Shown: positions 13,233 through 24,046 of the stretch, in pieces
Position numbering within the stretch: the stretch's first letter is position 1
How the letters are laid out: each line of letters starts with the position of its first letter
Origin: Dimorphilus gyrociliatus
Taxonomy: Eukaryota; Animalia; Annelida
Reading direction: 5' to 3'
DNA: 64,000 nucleotides
Assembly (NCBI GenBank): GCA_904063045.1
Contig: CAJFCJ010000012.1
Coordinates: 2,428,810 to 2,492,809 of the forward strand
The notes under the pieces: generated by a model
The model's input: only the letters and a program-made list of their open reading frames with translations
The model's database searches: none
Told to the model about the DNA's origin: nothing
Position numbers and translations under genes: made by a program

Positions 13233-14846
13233 ATCTTCAGTGTCCTTTAACGTTTCAGCTAAACTGACGATGAGCATATGACAAATTTTCTTTTTATATT
13301 GTAAATAAGCATCTCCAAATTAGTTCAAATGTGATTAGTAGTACTCAATTACTTGCATCTCAAACTGAAAAATTTTCACAAGTTTTCAAGTAATATACCA
13401 ACCTAGTTAGGGGGTTTTCTTGAATAAAATTCCTTTTTAACAAAGCAAGTTGATGATAAATTTACTAGCAATTGGTGAAAAACTAAAAAGATTTATTGAT
13501 ATATAGTTTATAAACAAAATAGAAGCGAAAATAGAGTTGAATAAGAGAATACTTTTCTTGGCCCCCCTTTCTTTAATTAATAGGATTACTGTTAACTTGT
13601 TTTTTGGATGTTTTTGGAAGAGGAAAAAAAAAGTCGTCTTGTTTTTTAATTCTGTCTATTTTTGGTGTAATAAGTAGAGCATGGAAATAAAAGGGTCATT
13701 ATGTGCGTCTAAATATATATACACAGTATATAAATACGTATTAGTAATATCTTATCTCTTCAATTATGTATTCATTATTAAGGAATATAAAGGGAAAACT
13801 GTGAATTTAACGGAAAAACGAATACTTTAAATTCAATAAAGTTATATAAAATTCTGTTTACGAGGTTTATTGACCCAGAAAGGTGACGAGTTGTCAAATT
13901 AAAAAAATGAAGTGAAAAGGGAGACGTAGACGGCTTTCTTTTTTTTAACTCTCTGATTGAGATTAACTGATACGAAGATAATTAATGATATAGAAAAAGA
14001 GAAGAAAGACATATAGAAAAGAAAGTAGAGAAAGAGAAAATAAGATAGAAAAACGCTAGAAATCTTGATTTTTTTTCTAATGACAAGACATTAATAACTA
14101 ATTAAATAGTTATTTACAATAGTGAAGAAAGAAGCTTTCGTTTAATAAAAGCATAATTGATATAATATAGAAATATATTTATATTATTCCATTTTGTTTA
14201 TGTGTTTATTACGAATTTCTTACTTTGTATAGTATTTAATCAAAATTTCATTCGTTAAGATATTTGTTGACCTTTCACTCTTTAAATGAGAGAGAAAGCA
14301 TACGAATCAATGGAAAGTGTCATTGTTGCTATAATCTAGGTTTTTATTAATCTGTTGTACATATTTATATGAATTTTGGAATAAATATTTAACGGTTATT
14401 TTAATGCTCAATTAATTCCTTTGAAGGAGAGGAGAAAATGGAGGATTTGCATAAAATACTAGAAGAAGAAGAAAGTTTGAAATTCCCTCATTTGTAATAT
14501 ATCAAAATCAATAAATCAATAAGAGAAAATTGGAAATTGCAGAAATCTCGGCGATTTTAATACAAAAAATGTACGATTACGATATTTAGTTGTTTTGAGG
14601 AAATTATTAATAACGAAAAGAAAGAGATTTGTCGTTTATCTTATTAAATAAGTAACTAATAACGAAAGTGTCTACAAAGCTTTGATAGAAGCATTGAAAT
14701 CGCTTTTAATAAACAAGTGAAAAGAAAGAAGGGAAGAGTGAAGAGGTTTGTTCTTTTTCATTTAAATTCAATTACGCTGTTCTTTCTAAAACACTTAGCC
14801 TTTTCCCTCTATCGTCTATATAGTATAATTTATACTAAAAGAGAAG

Positions 14847-16104
14847 ATGGACACAGTTAGTTCAAAGACTAAATTCTTGTATAAGTCACAGCATAACGAC
14901 GATGACTTTATGGACAAAGTTAATCATAGATATACAATCGCTATTCTCCTTTTCTTTATAATTATTCTTGGCGCTAAACAACACGTTGGCGATCCAATTG
15001 ATTGTTGGTGTCCAGCTCATTACACAAGCAACCATATTAAATATGCCAATTCGGTTTGTTGGGTAGAGAATACTTATTACGTTCCAATAACTACAAAACG
15101 TATACCGGATAAGAAAAAGATAATTGTCTATTATCAGTGGGTTCCTATAATACTATTACTTTCGGGGATGCTCTTTTACTTTCCAAGATTTATATGGAAG
15201 ATAATGAACATAAGGGAAGGAGTTGAAATCAATGATTTCGTCGAAACTGCTTGTGCATTGTATTCGGCTAAAAATAAGATAGATAGAAAATCAACTATAA
15301 ATTCTTTAGTATTTATTATACACAAATATCTATTGTTCTCTAGAAGTAAGAAAGAATATCATAAAAGTATTAAAAGAATCTTTTACGGCGATACCTTATA
15401 CATTCTATTTATTGCAACAAAGTTATTATACATTATCAATTCTGTTGGACAATTGTTTCTAATTAATTCGCTGTTGGGAGGAGATAAATATCTCTTTGGT
15501 TTTAAATTAATTCAAAGTCTCCTTACTACTGATGAATTTCAAATATCATCAATGTTTCCTAGAGTAACTATATGCGATTTCAATATCAGAGTTGTTAATA
15601 ATATTCAACGTCATACTCTTCAATGTGTTATTCCTATCAATTTATTTAATGAGAAGATCTTTGTTATACTTTGGATGTGGATAGCTCTCCTTGCATTTTT
15701 TAACGTTTATACTCTCCTCTATTGGCTGTACGATAGCCTTTCTTACCAATCGAGAAAATCTTACATTCTAGTAAGTTCTCTTACATATGTACTTTACTGT
15801 TTATAGTTATACTTAGCCTTTTCCTCCTCCGAAGGGACGATTAAGCCTCCAAGATCGTATATGGAAAATGACAAATATCAATCGTCAAAGCAACATAAAT
15901 CCTTCGGAAGAGGATAGTCAAATATCACATTTTACCAAGGCATACTTACAGAAGGATGGTATACTAATAATGAAATTATTAGAGATAAACGCCAGCAAGC
16001 TCGTCGTTATTCGCTTAATAGCAGCCTTATACCTTTATTGGAAAAAATCTCTAACAATGAAAGAAAACCGGCGAGATATCTTCTCTTTCCTAGAGCAATC
16101 CTAA
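14847..16104 (+). CDS. Innexin (invertebrate gap-junction protein)
   Basis: Motifs DDFMDKVNHRYT, GDPIDCWCP, ANSVCWV, YYQWVP, MFPRVTICDF, CVIPINLFNEKIF and YLQKDG are present, with four TM segments. One GT-AG intron at ~15770-15833 restores the frame to the TAA at 16102-16104. Confidence 0.95.
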
Positions 16105-16677
16105 GAGAAGATTAACAATTAACAAAAAGAGATTGGATTTTTTTTTTAATATTTTCATCAAATATATTTTTTCAAGGCATTTTTTTTTCAATTTCCCTTT
16201 TTTCTCTTTTCTTCTAAAATTTAGAATTAAAGAAAACAAAGGAAAAATGTTTTTTTCAACATCTTAATAAGAATAATAAAAACAAACAATTTTTAGAAAA
16301 TCAACTTTTCAAAACTTCATTAATTATTTGTTTAAAAGATAAAAAGAAAATTACTTCTTGAAGAGGAAGATAATAATCAATTACCTTTCAATAGAAATCA
16401 TATCAGTTCTGATAAAAGTATCATATAAATAAAGCAACAGTTTTCACAACAAAGAACAATGAAAAACTACAAGTCTTCCACTGTCTTTCATTCTATTGCC
16501 CTAATTAAGTCTTCAGCATGAATTGATGCATCTTCAGACCCTACTTTTCATACTTTTTCTTTTACATTCTTTCAAATATGAAAAGTGGATAGAGAAATAT
16601 TACAAGATCATTAAAAAACACAAAATTACATAACATTACATAAATTTTTTCGTTATCTGAATTGTTCATAGGGTATC

Positions 16678-19600
16678 TTAGGCCATCATTGCAGCAAAGA
16701 TAGCTGCTAGAATTAGCGAGATGTTAATAAATATAGCTGCAGCTCCCGCATCACCGTCGTTGAAGAAGATGTTACATTTATCTCCTACGCAGCATTTTTC
16801 ACATGCTGTTGTACCATCAGATGTTTTCTTACAGTGTTCCTCCTTTGTTGAACTAGTACATGTTACATTTCTACATTCTCTTGTAAATGTTGTTACGCCT
16901 CCCTTTTCTAATCTAGCAACCCAGCAGGCGCCACCATTACCGCATTCTTTCAATTTGATGGTGTCAGTTTCATTGACAAAGTTGGATTGTTCCTTTCCGC
17001 AGTTTGCTTCATTTCCAGAACAAGTAAGACATTGGACTGTTCAAAGTTCATAGGAAAAAATAGGTTTTATGAGTAATGAAACAAATGATTATGTATATAT
17101 ATATATACTTACTTGCACATTGTCTGTCATTATCGTGAAGATGATACGCGCTTGAGCATTTATCACATTTAAAGCCATGAACACAAACTCCACAATTTGT
17201 TACTTGATTGGAACTGCACGAAATACATTCAGTTTTATCATCAGATAAAGTGTAGCCGGATTGACATTTGAAGCAACTTGCTTTTCCAGTAGTGTCCGCT
17301 TGTGGAGAACAATCCATGCAATTAGCGAAAGCAGATGTTGAACAGTCTGAAAGAAAATATATTTATTTTAGCCCAAAGCCTATTAACTATAAACATTAAC
17401 TATAAACATAGATGAAAATACAATCACTTTACCTTCGCAAACTCCAGCTTTCAATGTAAATCCTTTTCTACATTTAGTACATACTGATTTATCTGATGCG
17501 GAGGCGGTACAAACGTCACAATTGGCGGGACATGAAGCGCATTGTTTGAATGAACTTCCGTATAGAGCATAGTATTGTTTGCATTGCGAACAGGATACGG
17601 AACCACTGTCAACTGTACATGTTGGACAATTCTTTGGACATTCGCTACATTGTTCTGAGCTCTTTCTGTATCCTTGCATACAATTTGAGCATACAAGAAC
17701 CCCTTTATCGTCTACATCTTTACATTCTGAGCATTGATTTGGACAAGAGTAACATTTTCTATCGGATGTTTTTCTGCCATAATTACTATCACAACTGTTA
17801 ACGTCACATCCAATGACGTCATTTTCGTACGAACATTTGTTACAGTTATCAGGACAAGCTGAAATATTCATTGAAAAATTATATTCAGTAATAATTCATT
17901 CTGTTTTTTTTTCTTCAAATTTTTACCTTCACATTTTGCAGTATTAGAATTCAAAACAAATCTTCCTTTACATTTTGTACAAAGTGTACCAGTTTTATCA
18001 TCGTTCAATTTACAAGTTTCGCAATTTCCTTCGCAAGCTGTAAACATCATTTTTCATAATTATAAAAAATATACTGTTACTTATGGATTATTTGACTTAC
18101 GTAGACATTTTCCATCAGCAGTTGATGATGCGTAACCAGCAATACATGTTGCGCATGTTGTTACTCCTTTAGAATCAATGTTACAAGATGAACAAGGACT
18201 GTTACACGAAACACATTTGTTTCCAGATGTAAACAGTTTGTGTGTGCTCTTACATTCCTTACATTTTGTTTCTTTTGCAACATCATCCCAATCGCAATTT
18301 ACGCAATTACTCGGGCAAGATATACAATTCCTACTACTGTCGAAAGTGAAACCAGAAGCACATTTAGAACATCCTTGACTTCCGTCATTTTTCAAATAAC
18401 ATCTCATACAAGAATCATCGCATTTTACACATGTTCCATCGTCAGATTTTGTGATATATCCATCAATGCAACCAGTTGGAAGGCAATATGTTTGTTCGTT
18501 TTTGAAATAACACTTGGCACAGTTTGATGGACACTCATTACAATCAAAATCTGACCAATCAAGAGCATATCCTGATGTGCATTCTACACATTTCTTTACT
18601 GCTGCATTATCTTGAACACATTTATCACAATTACCTGGGCATTCTATACATTCGTAACTACTGTCAGTTAAACCATAGCTACTGGCGCAATGGAATTGTA
18701 AGCATAGAGTTTCTGTATCACTTTTAGCTCGGCATTTTCCACAATTATCAGGGCATTTTAGGCAATTCTTTTTGGTGGTAAGTTGAAGAACATGAGTGTT
18801 TTCATCACATTTTGTGCATTTGTCTACAACGTCGCCTTCTTTAATTGTACAAGAAAGACATCCATCTCCGCAAGAAACGCATGTTTTTTTATCAACACTT
18901 GGAGCGTATCCCGACTTGCAAACTTGACATTCGTTTGGTGTAATGTCGTCGGGTTTTAGTGAACAAGTGTTACAGTTGTCCATGCATCCAACACATGCTG
19001 TTCTTGCACTGTTCGTCGAAAATCCACTCTCACATTTAGAACACTCCTTTACTTTTGATACTCCTCCTCGATCAACAAAGGAACAAGTTTCACAAAAATC
19101 GTAACAACCATCACAATCCTTTTTATGTTCTTTAAAGATTTTACCAGTTGTACATGAGGTACATTCGACAAGAGTTGCACCACTATATTTGCAAGTTGGA
19201 CATGCATCAGGACATTTTCTACATTGCTTAGCAGCTGTATCCAAATTATAGTTCGATGCACAATCAGAACATTCCGTGGTGGTGAAGGTTTTGTCAACGG
19301 AACAAGTTTTACAATTATTTTCACATTCTGTGCATGTTGTTTTATCATCAGATATTAAATATCCATCGTTGCATGTATCACATTTGGAACTATCTGATGG
19401 ACAGGTTGCGCAGTTGGCCACTTGGCATGTTTGACAAGTAGTTTTTGCAGTATCAGGGAATTTAGTAGGATCTGTACATTCTTCACACTGGGCTTTATTG
19501 GCATCACACTTTTTGCAACCACCAACGGTACATTCCTCACATGTTTTAGTGGCGGATACAAATCTATATCCATCAGCACAACCAGTTGATTTACATGCTG

Positions 19601-22600
19601 CCTTGTCGTTTAGTTCGCAATCATCGCAATTAGTAGCTGTACAAGCTACGCATACACTTGCTGCACCCGCATCAATAGCTTTTCCTTTGACGCAATCTGT
19701 GCATACGTCTGGTGTACCAAAGTCACAGAGTTTACAATTGCTGCCAACAGTACATGGTACACAAGTTTGATCAAGAGCTTTATATCCATGTCCTGTAGGA
19801 CAACCAGTTGGCTTACACTTTGCCTTGTCATTTGGTTCGCAGTCGTCGCAAGGGGCTGTGCAAGCTGCGCATACACTTGCTGCACCCGCATCAATAGCTT
19901 TTCCTTTGTCGCAATCTGTGCATACGGCTGGTGTACCAAAGTCACAGAGTTTACAATTGCTGCCAACAGTACATGGTACACAAGTTTGATCAAGAGCTTT
20001 ATATCCATGTCCTGTAGGACAACCAGTTGGCTTACACTTTGCCTTGTCATTTGGTTCGCAGTCGTCGCAAGGGGCTGTGCAAACTGAGCATACGCTTGAT
20101 GCACCCGCATCAATGGCTCTTCCTTTAGCGCAAGATGTGCATACGGCTGGTGTTGCTTTATCACAGGTTGCACAGTTACTGCCTACTGTACATTGATAAC
20201 AGGTCGCATCAGCCGAATTAAACAGATATCCGGAAGAACATCCAGTTGATGTACATTTTGTCTTGTCAGTTGGTTCACAAACATCACAATTTGTTGCTAC
20301 GCAGGGTTCACAAGTACCCAAGTCTGTTACTGTATATGTAGCTGCACACACACTACATTGATTAGGATCCTTTTCTTTATAAAGACACTTTGTGCAAGGT
20401 GAAGGACAGCTTACACATTTGTTCTTCCTAGTATTTACAACATAGTTGTCATTACATACACTGCACGTTCCATCAGAATTACAAGTGGCGCAATTAGCAG
20501 GACATTTGTTACATTTGAGACCATCGCTTTGAACTTCGTATCCCGTATTGCATTTCGTACATTTTCCAAGTCCTGATAGATCAGTCTTCAAACTGCATTC
20601 AATACAGTTGCTATCAATACCACTACATGCTAAACATTCAGAGTTATCTTTATTCAAGATATATTTGTCGTCGCATTTCAAGCAACCATTTGCCCAAATT
20701 CCATCTCCAGCTTCATTCGGAACACACTTGATACAATTTGAAATAGTATCGGCACAAGCTTTACACGTTTGTAAATCGTGTTCCAAAGTTCTGCCACTTG
20801 AACATTTCTCTTCATAGCATTTTCCATTTCCATCACATTTGTCACAATTTCCGGTACAAGCGGTACAACTATCACCATTTTTACCATATTTATTCATGCA
20901 GACGATACATTTTGGACTGCCATCAACAATTTTACAATGAGCACAACCTTCTCCGCAGGCTGTAAAACAATATATTTCAATTAGGGTTTTCCTTGTTTTT
21001 TCTCTTTATTTGCTTTACAAATTGAAAATATGAAGACAAAGAAGACTTACATGAACATTGTCCACTTTCATCAACAAAACCATAGTTAACTTCGCATTCG
21101 GAAGCAAAGCATCGAGAGACGCCACTGACATCTTTACACAGTTTGCAGTTTGATGGACAACCTTTAGTTGAAAAATAACAATAATGAGAATATGTCGAAT
21201 AGAAGGCATTTGAAGCTTTTATATATTGACTAATTAATTGTTATCGCTTCATATTTATCATTTTATCGGAGATATATTTGCATGAAAATTGAACTAACCT
21301 AAACAAGTTTTATCAGAATCTTTGATGACGTATTTAGCCTCGCAGTTCGTACATTCGGCTCTGTTGTTCTTCCATTGACACGAGTTACAGTTGGATGGAC
21401 ATGCTTGACATTTTCCGTCACTGTCTTTTATATACTTGGCTTTACACAGCGTACACAATGTCGATTTACCAGATAGAACGCAAGTGAGACAGTTGGATGG
21501 ACATTGTGTGCATGTTGTTGAGTCGGCAGAAAGTTGATAATACGATTGGCATTCAGTGCATGTTGTTCCATCTGGATTGTTGGAATCTTCCGTACATTTA
21601 TTACAGAATTCTTTGCAGGCCATACAAGTTTTGTCAGCAGATCTAACAGTATAACCAACAACACATTCCGAACATTTGGCAACCCCATTATCATTAGTGC
21701 ATGTAGCGCAATTGGAAGGGCAGGATAAACATGTTCCATCACTATTTTCTACATAACGATCTCTACATTTCGAGCAAAACGTTTTCTTCGTATCTGATTT
21801 GAAAGTACATTCGAGACAAGCCGAAGGACACGAATCGCATTTCTTTGTTTCGGTGTTAAGAGCAGTTCCTTTATCACAAGACGAACAAACGAGATTATCG
21901 TTAGAATCGGCACTACAAACAGCACAATTGGAACTGCATGAAGAGCATGATTTATCAGACTTGAGACCGTATCTTTTGAAGCACTGTGAACAGACTGTAG
22001 CTGCACCACTGACTGAACAAGTTTGGCAGAAACTGGGACATTCTGAAAATGAAAAAATTTTATAATATGAAGAACAGAAGAAGAATACAAATGTGAAGAA
22101 AAACATACTCATGCATTTTTTGTCATCTGTCAAAGGAGCACTAAAATCGTAGCAGTCGTAACATACTGGTTTACTATTTGTAACGTTACAAAATCTGCAC
22201 GTACTGTCATCCGAGCAAGCTGTATTGACAAAAAATTGGTATATAAGCTTCAATAAATATTAAACGGCGAAGAAGAAAGATAGATAGATAGATTGATAAT
22301 ACAAATAATCATTTACCAATGCATTTTTGTGTTGCGGGATCTACACCATAACCATGTACGCATTGAAGGCATTTTGTGTTGTCACCAGTTCCAGTTAATT
22401 CGCATTTCATACATTTGTCTGAGCAGTCTGATATTTAAATAAGCAGTTAATGAAAATAATGATGATGAAGGAGATAATGATAAAACTCTTTTTTTTTATT
22501 GATTTGAATAATGAAAACTTACCGATACACTTTTTCTGATCAGTGGATATAACTTGATTTGTGGCGCACTTCGCACATCTCAGGTCTCTTTTTGCACAAG

Positions 22601-22697
22601 ATTCACAATTTGATACACCGTCACAGCCAGAGGTAGTTGCCGATTGCACGTATGCAACGGCAAGCAGGAAACCTGCTAATGCTAGAAATACTTTCAT
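16678..22697 (-). CDS. Array copy A: giant GPI-anchored Cys-rich (furin-like/VSP-like CxxC repeat) protein with C-terminal Ly6/uPAR domain, 1,746 aa
   Basis: Ten exons: 22523-22697, 22317-22427, 22109-22219, 21299-22042, 21051-21161, 18101-20959, 17927-18037, 17433-17858, 17113-17346, 16678-17036. All junctions are GT-AG phase 1 and the total of 5,241 nt is open. Order: signal peptide MKVFLALAGFLLAVAYVQS, then CxxC..C..GY...C modules, then QCLTC...CCVGDKCN, then hydrophobic tail AAAIFINISLILAAIFAAMMA. Confidence 0.9.
19644..20081 (-). repeat. Two near-identical 219-bp (73-aa) coding tandem units in copy A exon 6
   Basis: gccttgtcatttggttcgcagtcg occurs at 19822 and 20041, an offset of 219. 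The unit is CTAPCDDCEPNDKAKCKPTGCPTGHGYKALDQTCVPCTVGSNCKLCDFGTP...GKAIDAGAASVC. Confidence 0.95.
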
Positions 22698-23140
22698 GTT
22701 TTCGTTTTCTTCAACTTCTTATAAGTTTCTCTTCAAATGTGTATATTGTAAATAGGAAACTTTAATGTGAATCTCTTCGTTCGAGTTGCTTGAAAGTGTA
22801 ATGGATTGTTGCCTTTATATATACATAGCTTTTCAGTTTAGTTTTAGCAACCGCTAAGGAAAATATTTATGAAGTAATATGTAAAAATATTCAAATCAGT
22901 TAATATTAAGGGTGAAAGACAGTGTAACCCATTTTTCTGTTTTTTAAGCAATACAACCAATGGCAACTTTCAAAGTCTAAGAATATTATTTATATTATGC
23001 TAGGCAACTATTTATTAACATATCAGCGTTTCGTGTTTCAACTTGAAAAGAAGAATAGAAGAGATTTTCTCTATTGAACATTTAATACCAAAATAGACTT
23101 TTTTTTGGGTTTAATAGGCTATTTTTTCATTTATTCTTTA

Positions 23141-23180
23141 ATTCATTCATTCATTCATTCATTCATTCATGCATTCATTG
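23141..23180. repeat. (TTCA)n microsatellite
   Basis: attcattcattcattcattcattcattcat read directly. Other short SSRs occur in the window, e.g. (TAAT)n ~7098-7120, (TCT)n/(CT)n ~23572-23606 and (TA)n ~61038-61058. Confidence 0.9.
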
Positions 23181-24046
23181 GGTTCATTATATGAAATTCA
23201 ACCTTGTGAAAGTACTATTCGTTTCCGAAGGTAAAACATACTTCAACGAAGAGTCGAGGAAACTTTCTATCTGAAACTTTTTGAAGAGCTTCCTTTGAAG
23301 AAACTTTGTCAAGTAAACTACTTGTTTGAATAGATGAGAACAAAATATTTATTAATTAGTCAAAAAGTAGGATAATAATAATAATCATTTATTTGATTTA
23401 ATTGAGTCAAATTACTATTCATTAAATGTTTAAAGTATTAAATATTAAGAAATTAATTTATTCATCTTTAAAGAAAATAGCAAAGACTACGATTTTTGCT
23501 TTTAATTTATGCGGAAGTCTAAATTAAAGATTTTGGCTTGTTCTATTTCTTTATTATTCATTAATCTTTTTTTCTTCTTCTTCTTCTTCTCTCTCTCTCT
23601 CTCTTTCTATTCTTACAATTAATAGGTTTTGAGAAATTTCGAAGGGTTTAGTAAAAATTAATCATAAATGATCGATTCGAAATAATCCTTAATACAAACA
23701 GAAGAAGTTGCATTTGTAAAGAAAGGCTTGGCAACAAAAGGCTTTTGTTAATACAATATTTAGAAATGGCTTCTTCTTTTCTTAAACCAAGGATTAGTTG
23801 GACATTAGCCTTATAGAGTTGAAATTGTATTTTTGGACATTTTCTTAATACTAGTTCATAATGAATTGTAAATGATGCTCTAAATAGTTTGAATTATCTG
23901 AACGATAGAATGAAATAAATATAATGTTTCATTACAATTAAAAATGATAGTTTTAAATATAAAGTCTATATTCAATTCAACACAAGAGTCATAAAGTAGT
24001 TTACAATTGAATAATAACGGTCTTTTTACTTTGATTTTTAAGTTTT

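Noticed and set aside
8789-22697. Functional link between POFUT2 and the neighbouring Cys-rich proteins as substrates
   Set aside because: POFUT2 fucosylates folded thrombospondin type-1 repeats (CxxS/TC within a TSR with Trp ladders). The array modules lack TSR tryptophan motifs, so the occasional CxxSC matches are expected by chance.
22840-23015. Several GTTGC half-sites (RFX-like) upstream of copy A
   Set aside because: None forms a full X-box, and they are not evidently conserved upstream of copies B-D.
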